Source: an uncultured Chloroflexia bacterium
GTDB lineage: Bacteria > Chloroflexota > Anaerolineae > CG2-30-64-16
Direction: 5' to 3'
Assembly: GCA_963810095.1 (NCBI GenBank)
Contig: CAWEMM010000008.1
Span: 64,001 to 128,000 of the forward strand
Length of the DNA stretch: 64,000 nucleotides
The first letter of the stretch is position 1, and each line of letters begins with the position of its first letter. The position numbers and the translations under genes are program-made. Below the pieces are notes generated by a model. It searched no databases. It saw only the letters and a program-made list of their open reading frames with translations, and had not been told where the DNA came from. This document shows positions 42,023 through 51,183 of the stretch, one piece after another.

Positions 42023-42491
42023 GACGGCGACGTATCACACTGAGGTCGAGTGGCGCGGGGAACACACGGGGCAGATCGTCATGGGCAACGGGCCGGAGAT
42101 GCCGTTCTCAGCCCCGCCCGATGCTTACGGGCAGGCCGGGGTGCTGACGCCGGAGGATGCTTTCGTGGCCGCGGCCAACACCTGCGTCATGATGATGTTC
42201 CTGTGGGCGTGTGAACGGTTCAAGATTGACCTGGTCGACTACCGCTGCCGGACCGAAGGGACCAAGAAGATCGAGCTCGACCGGACCGAAATCTTCACGC
42301 ACCTGCGCTTCTGGCCGCAGATTACCGTGCGCGCCGATGTCGACGGGGATGCGAGCAGCACCGAAAAGAGGGTTCACAAAGCCCTTGCGTCCGCCCAGAA
42401 GTACAGCCTCGTCGCCAACTCGGTCAAGAGCGAGATTGTCGTGGAACCTCACATCACGGTTCTCGCCGGCGCCGCCGAGGCAGTGCGATGA
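42015..42491 (+). CDS. OsmC/Ohr family protein
   Basis: FSAPP..G....TPEDAFVAAANTC; the second-Cys position reads KYSLVANS. Confidence 0.8.
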   Translation: MAKTATYHTEVEWRGEHTGQIVMGNGPEMPFSAPPDAYGQAGVLTPEDAFVAAANTCVMMMFLWACERFKIDLVDYRCRTEGTKKIELDRTEIFTHLRFWPQITVRADVDGDASSTEKRVHKALASAQKYSLVANSVKSEIVVEPHITVLAGAAEAVR

Positions 42492-42841
42492 CGACCGACT
42501 ACCAAGCCTATTACAAGCACCTGGAAGAGCGCCTGACCGAGTTGGGCCGGGAGCAGCCCGGTCCGATGAGCGGCTTCGCCCGGTTGCACAAGAAGGCCGT
42601 CGAGGACGGCGCGCTCAGTGCCAAGACCAAGGAACTGATGGCATTGGCGATCAGCATCGCGGTGCGCTGCGAGGGGTGTATCGCCTATCACGTCCACGCT
42701 GCGATTGCTGCGGGCGCGACACGGCCCGAGCTGCTGGAGACGATTAGCGTCGCCGTCTTAATGGGCGGCGGCCCGGCCTCCATGTACGCGGCGCATGCGC
42801 TGGATGCGATCGAGCAGTTCGGAGCGCCGCCCGGAAGCTGA
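42488..42841 (+). CDS. AhpD/CMD family protein
   Basis: GALSAKTKELMALAISIAVRCEGCIAYH and MGGGP. Confidence 0.9.
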   Translation: MTTDYQAYYKHLEERLTELGREQPGPMSGFARLHKKAVEDGALSAKTKELMALAISIAVRCEGCIAYHVHAAIAAGATRPELLETISVAVLMGGGPASMYAAHALDAIEQFGAPPGS

Positions 42842-42854
42842 AGAAGAGGCAACA

Positions 42855-43398
42855 GTGTCAAAGCAACGCCAGCAAGCAGCTCGAGCATCGCAAAACCAGC
42901 ACCCCGACCACGGCGGGTCGCCGTCGGGTTGGCGGCGTGCTTACCGTCCTCATCCTGGCGAGCGTAGTGCTGGCGCTGGGGGCGATCCTCCTCTTGAAGG
43001 AAGGGCGGCCGCCGACGTCAACGATCGTCAACCCGCCGCCCGGCAGCGCTGCGCCGGCCGGCAGCGCGACGGCGGTCGGATCGGCAGCGGACCAGTTGCA
43101 GGCGGCGCTGGCGGCAAACAAGCCGGCCCTCGTCTTCATGCATTCGACCACCTGCCAGTCCTGCATCGACATGATGCATGTCGTGGATCAGGTTTACCCG
43201 GAGTTTGCCGCTCAGATCGCCCTCGTGGATGTCGATGTCTATGACGAGGCTAACGAACCGCTGATGCAAGTGCTGGGCCTACGCTATATACCCACGATCG
43301 TCGTGTATGACCGGGCCGGCAAGGCCGCACAGAATGTGGGCGCCATGAAAGCCGATGCCTTCCGCACTTTCCTGCGCCAGCGCGCCTTGGGCGGCTGA
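42855..43398 (+). CDS. membrane-anchored thioredoxin-fold protein (5' frameshift)
   Basis: TM anchor, TCQSC and YIPT. Confidence 0.8.
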
Positions 43399-43399
43399 G

Positions 43400-44074
43400 A
43401 TGGACTGGGACTTTTCGGTCATCCAGCACATCTCGCCCCTGGCGATCGCGCTGGTCTTTGCGGGCGGCGTGGTGACAAGCATCGGCCCGTGTAACATGGC
43501 CATGATCCCGTTGATCATCGGCTACGTCGGTGGCAGCCGGGATTTGTCACGCGGGCGCAGCTTCGTCCTCTCCACCACCTTTGCAACCGGGCTCGCCATC
43601 ACCTTCATGATGCTGGGGGTGGTCGTGTCGTTCGTCGGCGGGCTGATCGGGACCGGCCACAAGTGGTTCTACTATGGGGTCGCCGGGGTCTGCCTGCTGA
43701 TTGGACTGCAACTGCTGGGGGTCATTCACCTGCCGATGCCCGACTTCCTGGCCGAACGCAGGCAGCGCATGGCCTGGCGGGGTGTGCCGGGAGCCATGGC
43801 GTTGGGGCTGGTCTCGGGATTGGTCGCCTCGCAATGCGCAACACCGGTATTGGCCGCGATCCTGACGTACGTTATGGCGGAAGGTGCGATCGCATACGGC
43901 GCAGCTCTGTTGTTCATTTATGCGCTCGGACGCGGGGTGCCCATCGTACTCGCGGGGACCTTTGCGGGAGTGCTCAAGCAGTTCCGCGTTTTCGGCCGCT
44001 GGTCGGGGGCGATGGAGAAGGTAAGCGGCGTGATTATCATTGGCGTGGCGTTGTACCTGGTGTGGCTGGCGTGA
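43400..44074 (+). CDS. ccdA: CcdA/DsbD-type transmembrane thiol reductase
   Basis: SIGPCN...IPL and ASQCATP; six TM helices. Confidence 0.85.
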   Translation: MDWDFSVIQHISPLAIALVFAGGVVTSIGPCNMAMIPLIIGYVGGSRDLSRGRSFVLSTTFATGLAITFMMLGVVVSFVGGLIGTGHKWFYYGVAGVCLLIGLQLLGVIHLPMPDFLAERRQRMAWRGVPGAMALGLVSGLVASQCATPVLAAILTYVMAEGAIAYGAALLFIYALGRGVPIVLAGTFAGVLKQFRVFGRWSGAMEKVSGVIIIGVALYLVWLA

Positions 44075-44096
44075 GAAACGAAAGATAAGGGGTGCG

Positions 44097-44363
44097 ATGA
44101 CGGCTACACCGCAGATCACGATATTACCGGCGCAGGGCTGCCGGCGTAGCCGCAAGCTGCTGGCATACCTGCAGGCGCATGACGTCCCTTTCACGCGCAT
44201 CGAGCTCGACTCAGCGGAAGGCGCGGCGCTGGCGGCCCAGTACGATCTGCGGGCCTCGCCCGGCATTCTGATTGATGGGGTCAGCATCAACCCGTTTGAT
44301 TTGCTGATCCAGCCAGCCTGCCGCGTGGATGAGGCGAAGGCACGCGAGCTGTTTGCTGCGTAG
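44097..44363 (+). CDS. glutaredoxin-like protein
   Basis: GCRRS (CxxS) and SPGILIDG. Confidence 0.65.
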   Translation: MTATPQITILPAQGCRRSRKLLAYLQAHDVPFTRIELDSAEGAALAAQYDLRASPGILIDGVSINPFDLLIQPACRVDEAKARELFAA

Positions 44364-44429
44364 CGCCGCGGCCGAGGGCGTACGGACGGCAGAGCACAGC
44401 CTGAACAACCCCTACCTGAAGGAACCCAT

Positions 44430-44603
44430 ATGCCGAAGGTATCTGTAGTGCTCGACGAGCAAGAGCAGCAAGAACTGCAGATGATCCTGACCGATGCGGA
44501 CGATGAGGCGGCACTGCGCTTCTTGAAGGAAGTGGTGTGGGCGCAGGTGCAGGCGGCGCGGCGCAAGGGTTTGCGCAGCCACCTGGAGGCAGGCCAGTCG
44601 TAG
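44430..44603 (+). CDS. small hypothetical protein (57 aa; below the ORF-track cutoff)
   Basis: AAGGA RBS; MPKVSVVLDEQEQQELQMILTDADDEAALRFLKEVV... Confidence 0.6.
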   Translation: MPKVSVVLDEQEQQELQMILTDADDEAALRFLKEVVWAQVQAARRKGLRSHLEAGQS

Positions 44604-44619
44604 CGCGTCGAGCGGTCGT

Positions 44620-45222
44620 GTGGAGGGCAATTTGACCAGCCGATCAGAAGATACTGAGCCTCTCGTAGGCGCCATAACCCTGGTTCGCACCTTGCCCTGC
44701 CTGGCCGAGCCGGGGAAGATCATCGTCGTCGGGGAGCCGGACGCGACGATCGACGCCGCGTTGCCACTCCTCAACGCCATCCTGCCCAATGTCATCAGCT
44801 ATTACCCCTTGGCCGGCGTCATGACATTGCGACGGCGGCCGGGGCTCATCACGCTCTATCCTCGCCGCGTCACGATCACCCAGGTGGCGGACGTGGAAGA
44901 GGGGCTAACGCTGCTGGCCGCGGTGCGCGACCTGGTCAACCAGGCCTGGTCGCGCCGGAACGAAATCCAGCCGAAGACCGAAAGCCGGCGGGTGCCTCGC
45001 CCGCTGGATGTTTACGAGCTGCTGCCGCGATCGAATTGCAGGTCGTGCGGCGCGGCGACGTGCATGGCGTTCGCCTTCGGACTTCTAGAAAGCCGCTATC
45101 AGCCCGGGGAGTGTCCTGTGCTGGGCGAGGCGGCATTCGACGCGCGGCGCCAGGCGCTCATTGACATGCTGCCGCCACAAGAAGACGGCAGCCCGCGGCC
45201 GGTCAACCTGCATGCCCTATAG
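44620..45222 (+). CDS. Fe-S-binding protein (paralogue of 33740..34300)
   Basis: LPCLAEP, LPLLNA and LLPRSNCRSCGAATCMAFA...CP. Confidence 0.8.
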   Translation: MEGNLTSRSEDTEPLVGAITLVRTLPCLAEPGKIIVVGEPDATIDAALPLLNAILPNVISYYPLAGVMTLRRRPGLITLYPRRVTITQVADVEEGLTLLAAVRDLVNQAWSRRNEIQPKTESRRVPRPLDVYELLPRSNCRSCGAATCMAFAFGLLESRYQPGECPVLGEAAFDARRQALIDMLPPQEDGSPRPVNLHAL

Positions 45223-45231
45223 GGGCAGAAA

Positions 45232-45912
45232 GTGAGCAGTCCCGTGTCCGTCATTACCATCTCCCGGGAGTTCGGAAGCGTCGAGGACGACTTTGGTGAG
45301 CGCGTGGCACACGAGCTGGGGTACCACTGCGTGTGCAAAGAGTTTATCGCCGACGTGTTAGCGCAATACGGCTTGATCGAGTTCGAGCGGGAATACGAAT
45401 CCAAGCCGGGCTTCTGGAACAGCCTGAGTGCCCTGCGGGGTGAGCGACGCAGCGACGTTGTGGCCATGCTCAATCAGGTGCTACAAGCGGTTGCCAAGCA
45501 CGGCAACGTGGTTATCCAGGGGCGCAGCGGCTTTGCGGCCCTGCGCGGGTTGGCCGACGTCTTGCACGTGCGCCTGCAAGCCCCGCTCGAGGCGCGTATC
45601 GAGCGTGTGGCCGGAGAACAGCGCATTACGCTCGACGAGGCTAGCCGGATCGTGAAGGAAGGCGACGGGGTGCGGACGGGGTTCGTGGAAGGGTTCTACG
45701 GGGTGCCGTGGAATTCTATCCAGGCATTCGATCTCGTAATCAACACCCAAAAGGTCGCCACTGAAGCAGCTGTAGCCTGGGTAGCTGAGGCGGCAAGAGC
45801 GCTCGCACTGCGCCCGACCGGCGGTCAGCCGTGCGCCGGCGACCTGGCAGTAGACGACGTTCTGGCGCGGGAGGTCGTGCGGCAGCTCGAGAAGCCTGCG
45901 CGGGCGTGCTGA
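45232..45912 (+). CDS. cytidylate kinase-like family protein
   Basis: ITISREFGS, GNVVIQGR, LHVRLQAP and FDLVINT. Confidence 0.8.
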   Translation: MSSPVSVITISREFGSVEDDFGERVAHELGYHCVCKEFIADVLAQYGLIEFEREYESKPGFWNSLSALRGERRSDVVAMLNQVLQAVAKHGNVVIQGRSGFAALRGLADVLHVRLQAPLEARIERVAGEQRITLDEASRIVKEGDGVRTGFVEGFYGVPWNSIQAFDLVINTQKVATEAAVAWVAEAARALALRPTGGQPCAGDLAVDDVLAREVVRQLEKPARAC

Positions 45913-46070
45913 CGACACGATGTTCGGAACGGGAGAACGAGCGCAGACAAGGCGCCCGTTCTCCTGGCTGCAGGCCTTCACAGATGTACTTCAGCCGCAA
46001 TTGCATTGTCTCGCTCCCGTCGGCGCCCCATGAGCGTTGAGAGGATCGCCCGACTCGCGCATTTTATCAC

Positions 46071-46130
46071 TTGACAGGCAGTGGGCTGCGTGGTAATATG
46101 TCGGACATCGATATATAGACCTCCGACATA
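46071..46130 (+). promoter_or_regulatory. sigma70 promoter with PadR operator
   Basis: TTGACA-N17-TAATAT; inverted repeat TATGTCGGA...TCCGACATA. Confidence 0.75.
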
Positions 46131-46141
46131 AGAGAGGCGTC

Positions 46142-46504
46142 ATGCCACTAGAAGACCCAGGATATTGGAAAGCGCTCGTCAACATGGGCCTGTCGCGCTT
46201 CTTCGTGCTCCGCACGTTACATGAGCGTCCAACGCACGGCTATGCGCTGCTCGACAGCCTCAGTATCTTCACGGAGGGTTGCTGTACCCCCGCCTATGGC
46301 ACGATCTACCCGATCTTGAAGGAACTCGTGGAGGGCGACTATGCGCGAGTAACTGTGGAGTCCGATGGCGGGCGCCAGCGCAAAGTATACGAGCTGACCC
46401 CGCGCGGCGAACTAGCCTACCAGACGGCCATGCAGACCTGGCAGGAAGTGCTCCCCTACATCGAACGCGCTGTGCGAGAAAGCAAAGAGGCGATCAATGA
46501 CTGA
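46142..46504 (+). CDS. PadR family regulator
   Basis: HGYAL, GTIYPILKEL and RKVYELTPRG. Confidence 0.9.
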   Translation: MPLEDPGYWKALVNMGLSRFFVLRTLHERPTHGYALLDSLSIFTEGCCTPAYGTIYPILKELVEGDYARVTVESDGGRQRKVYELTPRGELAYQTAMQTWQEVLPYIERAVRESKEAIND

Positions 46505-47435
46505 CACGCTACTTCGTTCCGGACAGTTCTTTCTGACCATCCTGGTCGAATTGATCCCACTGTTCCTTATCGTCACGTTCCTTTCCGGGCTCGCGCTGGA
46601 GTACATCTCGCCCGAGAAGCTGCGCCAGGGGCTGAGCGGTAGAAAAGGCATCGTCGGCCAGACGGCGGCTATGGGACTTGGCTGGGTGACGCCCTTCTGT
46701 TCTTGCTCCACGATCCCGATCCTGGCGAGCATGGTGAAGGCCGGCATCCCCATTGGGATTATGACCACCTTTCTGTATGCCTCGCCGTATCCCGTCGAAA
46801 TCGCGATCCCCATCCTGGCGCCCCTGTTCGGCGTGCCTACGGCGGCGGCATTCATGTTCGCGGGCGGCGCGATCGCCCTGACCATGGGCGTCGTCGTGGA
46901 GCACCTCGGGTGGCAACGCCAGATCAAGACCGCGGTCATCGAAAGCAGCGCGGGTGGGTTGGGCGATGCCAGCATCGACCTGGCCGGTGTTGGCCTGGTC
47001 CTCGCGCTGGACGACAGCTTCAGGGGCAAGGCCACGCGTGCGGGTGCATACACGCTGGACTTCGCCCGCAGACTGCTGCCGATCATCATCGTCAGCAGCG
47101 CCATCGGGGCGCTGATCTACGGCTTCATTCCTGAGGAGTGGATCCTGCGCTATGCGGGCGGCACGAGCCTGTTGGTCGTCCCCATCGCCGCGCTCATCGG
47201 CGTTCCTCTCTACGTCAACGCGGCAGCCGTCGTGCCGATCATCTACTCGCTCTCGCTAAAGGGCATGAGCGAGGGCGCCGTGATCGCCTTCCTGATCACC
47301 GCCACGACTATCAGCCCGCCCGAGATCATCATGTTGTCTGCCCTTTTCAAGCAGAAGTATGTCTGGGCGTTTGTCCTGGCCATGATCGTCGGTGCCATCA
47401 TCACCGGCTACCTGTTCAACCTGATTGCTCGCTAG
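46497..47435 (+). CDS. arsP: ArsP-type permease (DUF318)
   Basis: TPFCSCSTIP, PLYVNAAA and SPPE. Confidence 0.8.
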   Translation: MTDTLLRSGQFFLTILVELIPLFLIVTFLSGLALEYISPEKLRQGLSGRKGIVGQTAAMGLGWVTPFCSCSTIPILASMVKAGIPIGIMTTFLYASPYPVEIAIPILAPLFGVPTAAAFMFAGGAIALTMGVVVEHLGWQRQIKTAVIESSAGGLGDASIDLAGVGLVLALDDSFRGKATRAGAYTLDFARRLLPIIIVSSAIGALIYGFIPEEWILRYAGGTSLLVVPIAALIGVPLYVNAAAVVPIIYSLSLKGMSEGAVIAFLITATTISPPEIIMLSALFKQKYVWAFVLAMIVGAIITGYLFNLIAR

Positions 47436-47458
47436 TCACACCAACGGAGGATGATCCA

Positions 47459-47800
47459 ATGTCGGATTCCAAGGCGCCGGAAGTCATTACGGTCTCGGGC
47501 GCATGCTGTGCGCCGCAGATGGCGAAGCTGGATCAAGCGCTGGAGAAGGCCCTGCAACAGGCTTTCACGGACCTGGGCCTGACCATCGACGTGCGCAAAG
47601 CAAGCCTCAGCGCCGTGCTGAACAGCGAACAGGCGCTACCGTCGAAGGAGCGCCAGCAAATGCTCGCACTGTTCCAGCGCTACGGCACTCGCTGCACACC
47701 CACCGTGTTCATCAACGGGCAAGTCCGTTTTGCCGGCGTGCCGCCGAGCGTCCAGCAGATCAAGGATGCGCTGCAGGCCGTTGTCGGTGAGCAGGCCTGA
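47459..47800 (+). CDS. ArsD/thioredoxin-like Cys-pair protein
   Basis: GACC and CTPTVFING. Confidence 0.55.
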   Translation: MSDSKAPEVITVSGACCAPQMAKLDQALEKALQQAFTDLGLTIDVRKASLSAVLNSEQALPSKERQQMLALFQRYGTRCTPTVFINGQVRFAGVPPSVQQIKDALQAVVGEQA

Positions 47801-47845
47801 CGCCGGCCGGAAATGACCTGCGCAACGAACCCCAGGAGAGTACCG

Positions 47846-48067
47846 ATGCCAAACTACGAGTATATGTGCCGAGAGTGCGGCAAGCTGTTTGAAGTCCAGG
47901 CAACCTTTGCCGAGAAGAGCGCCGGCCTGCAGCCGGAGTGCCCGGATTGCCATGGCATGGAGACGCACCCGGTCATTACGACCGGACTGCTCGTGCATGC
48001 AAGCCCCGGGCGGTCTGGCGGGAGCTGCTGTGGTCCCGATTCCGGACCATCAGGATGCTGTGGGTAG
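47846..48067 (+). CDS. FmdB-type zinc ribbon protein
   Basis: MPNYEYMCRECG...CPDC; tail SCC...GCCG. Confidence 0.85.
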   Translation: MPNYEYMCRECGKLFEVQATFAEKSAGLQPECPDCHGMETHPVITTGLLVHASPGRSGGSCCGPDSGPSGCCG

Positions 48068-48097
48068 CTGAACCCAGCGAACGACACCGGAGGATCG

Positions 48098-49321
48098 ATG
48101 ATTCACGACCAATTGCTCGCGGTGGCTCTCGAAAAAGCGCAGGCAGTCTTGAGTCGGGAATGCAGCCCGATCGGGCTGATGGCTTCTCCTGAAGGCTATC
48201 CGCATGTCTGGGCGCGCGACAGCGTCATCACGGCGCTGGGCGCGCTCCACTCGCCCGGCTACGAAAGCTGCCTGCGCGTCTCGCTGGAGACTCTGGCCGG
48301 GCAGCAGTCCGAGTTGGGCGCAATCCCGAACAATGTGAGCGTGGCGACCGGCCGGCTGGATCACACCAACGCCGGCTCGGTGGATTCGAACCTGTGGTTC
48401 ATCCTGGGCCACGCCTTCCAGTATCGTGCCTCCGGCGACGCCGCGTTCCTGCGCTCCCAATGGCCGGCGCTCGAAAAGGCGCTGCTGTGGCTGCGCTACC
48501 AGGACTCCAACGGCTGCGGACTGCTCGAGGTGCACGAGGCGGCGGATTGGGCGGACCTGCTGGCCAACCGCTTCAACATCCTTTATGACAACGTGCTCTG
48601 GTACGCCAGCCTGCGCGCGATGGCGGAGCTGGCCGAGGCGCTGGGCCTCGACGGCGCGCGGTATGGCTGCCTGGCGGATGACGTGCGCCACAAGATCCGG
48701 ATCGTGTTGTGGGTGGGCGAGGAAAGCAAGGGCGAGTGGGGTCCGGGCTGTCCCGGGCACACCGAGTGGAAACACACGCTCAGCCAGGTCGACCCGGTCC
48801 TCGTCAAGCGGCCCTACTTCCTGCCCTACGTGGCCTTCCGCGACTTTGGCGATTATTGCGACGTCTTCGGCAACCTGCTGGCAATCCTCTTAGGAGTAGC
48901 CAACCCGGCGCAGGAAAAGCGCATCCTCGACTACCTGCACCAGGTCGGGATTGCCGATCCGTACCCTGTGCGGGTGCTGCACCCCATCATCTATCCCGGC
49001 AATAAGGACTGGCGCGAGTACTACCGCAACAACAACCTGAACCTGCCCGAGCAGTACCATAACGGGGGGATCTGGCCGTTCGTGGGCGGGTTCTACGTTG
49101 CGGCGCTTGTGAAGGCGGGGCGGCTGGAGGAGGCCCGGCGCCACCTGGTCAAGCTGGTCGAGGTCAACCGCCAGGGCTGCGAGGAGGAATGGGAGTTCAA
49201 CGAGTGGTGCCACGGCCGAACCGGGCAGCCGATGGGGCATCCCCACCAGGCATGGTCGGCTGGGATGTTCCTCTTCGCGTACCGCTGCGTTGACGCAGGG
49301 ATTGTGCCGCTCCTCAGCTAA
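48098..49321 (+). CDS. six-hairpin glycoside hydrolase (GH100/amylo-alpha-1,6-glucosidase-like)
   Basis: VWARDS, DSNLW, DWAD, YHNGGIWPF, FNEW and QAWSA. Confidence 0.8.
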   Translation: MIHDQLLAVALEKAQAVLSRECSPIGLMASPEGYPHVWARDSVITALGALHSPGYESCLRVSLETLAGQQSELGAIPNNVSVATGRLDHTNAGSVDSNLWFILGHAFQYRASGDAAFLRSQWPALEKALLWLRYQDSNGCGLLEVHEAADWADLLANRFNILYDNVLWYASLRAMAELAEALGLDGARYGCLADDVRHKIRIVLWVGEESKGEWGPGCPGHTEWKHTLSQVDPVLVKRPYFLPYVAFRDFGDYCDVFGNLLAILLGVANPAQEKRILDYLHQVGIADPYPVRVLHPIIYPGNKDWREYYRNNNLNLPEQYHNGGIWPFVGGFYVAALVKAGRLEEARRHLVKLVEVNRQGCEEEWEFNEWCHGRTGQPMGHPHQAWSAGMFLFAYRCVDAGIVPLLS

Positions 49322-49403
49322 GCTGGCCTGCAGGTCTTCGTGTGGGCAACACCCGGGTGGCCTGTGGAAATATATCCTTGGATTGTGTTCTCCCCTGCCG
49401 ATA

Positions 49404-49452
49404 TTGACACCCCCGCGCGGCTAGGATATTATATCAAGCAGGTTTGATATAA
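49404..49452 (+). promoter_or_regulatory. sigma70 promoter and ArsR operator
   Basis: TTGACA-N17-TATTAT; perfect palindrome TTATATCAA-N6-TTGATATAA. Confidence 0.8.
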
Positions 49453-49463
49453 TTCCTACGATT

Positions 49464-50243
49464 ATGAGCACGTATCCTAACGGTCGCGCACCGGAAATCT
49501 TCAGGCTGCTGGCGAACGATTTACGTTGGCAGCTGATCGTCGCGCTTGCCCGATCGGACCTTAAGGTGCAGGAATTGGCCGCTCGGACGGACCGGCCACA
49601 AAACCTCGTCTCCTATCATCTCAAGGAGCTCCGCGCGGCGGAGCTGGTTGTCGAGCGGCGTAGCAGCGCAGACGCGCGCGACGTCTACTATAGTCTCGAC
49701 CTCGGCCGGCTCCGCGACCGATTGCTCGAGAGTGGGCAAGTCCTCCATGCAGTTCTGGGAAGCTCCGGTCGGTCATCACGGATAATCGCCGAACGGGAAT
49801 TGCCCGTATCGGTCCTATTCTTATGCACCCGCAATAGTGCGCGCTCCCAGATGGCCGAAGCCCTACTACGGGCGCGCGGTCCGGCGTCGCTGCACGTCTG
49901 CAGCGCAGGCAGTGAGCCGGCTGCTGTTCATCCGTTGGCAATCGAAGCGATGGCCGAGATGGGCATTGACCTGCGCGGGCACGTGGCGAAGCACTTTGAG
50001 CAGCTCGTGGGGCAACACTTCGACTATGTGATCACGGTATGCGACCGCGTGCGCGAGGTCTGCCCCGTCTTTGCGGACGAATCCGAAGCGATCCACTGGA
50101 GCTTGCCCGACCCTGCAGCCGTGACTGGCTCGCCGGCCGAGCGCTATAAGGCGTTCCGGGAGACCGCCGCGGAGCTCACTACCCGCATTGATTTCCTATT
50201 GCCAGCCCTATTGAGTGACTATTCGAAAGGAAGAGACGCGTGA
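49464..50243 (+). CDS. ArsR-ArsC (LMW-PTP) fusion
   Basis: N-terminal wHTH (VSYHLKELR) plus CTRNSARS, TVCD..CP and HW..DP. Confidence 0.9.
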   Translation: MSTYPNGRAPEIFRLLANDLRWQLIVALARSDLKVQELAARTDRPQNLVSYHLKELRAAELVVERRSSADARDVYYSLDLGRLRDRLLESGQVLHAVLGSSGRSSRIIAERELPVSVLFLCTRNSARSQMAEALLRARGPASLHVCSAGSEPAAVHPLAIEAMAEMGIDLRGHVAKHFEQLVGQHFDYVITVCDRVREVCPVFADESEAIHWSLPDPAAVTGSPAERYKAFRETAAELTTRIDFLLPALLSDYSKGRDA

Positions 50244-50695
50244 GCAAGGTGAACGTACTGTTCTTGTGCACCGGCAACTCGGCGCGCAGCCAGATGGCGG
50301 AGGCATTCCTCCGCGCGTATGGCGGCGAGCAATTTGAGGCGTTCAGCGCAGGGCTGGATCCGAAAGACATCAGCCCCTACACACGACAGGTGATGGCGGA
50401 GCGCGGCTACGACCTGGCCGGCCAGCGCTCCAAAAATGTCAGCGAATACCTGGCCAAGAAGCACTTCGGCTACCTGATCACCGTGTGCGGTCAGGCTGAG
50501 CAGAACTGCCCGCGGGCGTTCATGGGCATGGGGCGCCGCGTGCATTGGGACCTGGAGGACCCGGCGGCATTCGTGGGGACGGATGAGCAGATACTCGAAA
50601 AGTACCGTCAGGTGCGCGACGAGGTCGAGGCACGAGTTCGTGGTTGGGTCGCCGAGACGCGACCGACACTGCAGGGAGTGAATCTGAATGGCTAA
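50240..50695 (+). CDS. arsC: thioredoxin-coupled arsenate reductase
   Basis: CTGNSARS, TVCG....NCP and HW..DP. Confidence 0.9.
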   Translation: MSKVNVLFLCTGNSARSQMAEAFLRAYGGEQFEAFSAGLDPKDISPYTRQVMAERGYDLAGQRSKNVSEYLAKKHFGYLITVCGQAEQNCPRAFMGMGRRVHWDLEDPAAFVGTDEQILEKYRQVRDEVEARVRGWVAETRPTLQGVNLNG

Positions 50696-51116
50696 GCGAC
50701 GAGTGTTGTTTCTATGCACCGGCAACTCCTGCCGCAGCCAATTGGCCGAAGCGATCGTCAACGCGCGCCTGGGCGATGAGTGGGAGGCGTATAGTGCGGG
50801 TACGCAGCCAGCGGGCTATGTTCACCCGTTGGCCGTGAAGGTCTTACGGGAGAACGGTATCGAGCACGAAGGGCGCTCGAAGAGTGCCAACGAGTACCGC
50901 GACATGGCGTTCGACCTTGTCGTGACGGTCTGTGACGATGCCGCCGAGAACTGCCCGGTGTGGTTGGGCAAGGGGCGGCGGGTCCACCTCGGCTTTCCCG
51001 ATCCCGCCAAGGCAACGGGCAGCGCGGACGAGGTGCTGGCCGTGTTCCGGCGCGTGAGAGACGATATTGCACTCCGGGTCACTGAGCTTCTGGAGGAGAC
51101 AAAACTCGGGGCTTGA
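50688..51116 (+). CDS. arsC: thioredoxin-coupled arsenate reductase
   Basis: CTGNSCRS and TVCD....NCP. Confidence 0.9.
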   Translation: MAKRRVLFLCTGNSCRSQLAEAIVNARLGDEWEAYSAGTQPAGYVHPLAVKVLRENGIEHEGRSKSANEYRDMAFDLVVTVCDDAAENCPVWLGKGRRVHLGFPDPAKATGSADEVLAVFRRVRDDIALRVTELLEETKLGA

Positions 51117-51147
51117 CAAATCGCGAACTATATCGTATAAATACGAT
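51113..51147 (+). promoter_or_regulatory. sigma70 promoter and ArsR operator
   Basis: TTGACA-N17-TATAAA inside ATCGTAT-AA-ATACGAT; a related site CATCGTAATTAGCCGATG lies at 51610-51627. Confidence 0.7.
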
Positions 51148-51183
51148 GTGAATTGCGAGAGCAGATAGGCGGGGTTGGACGAA

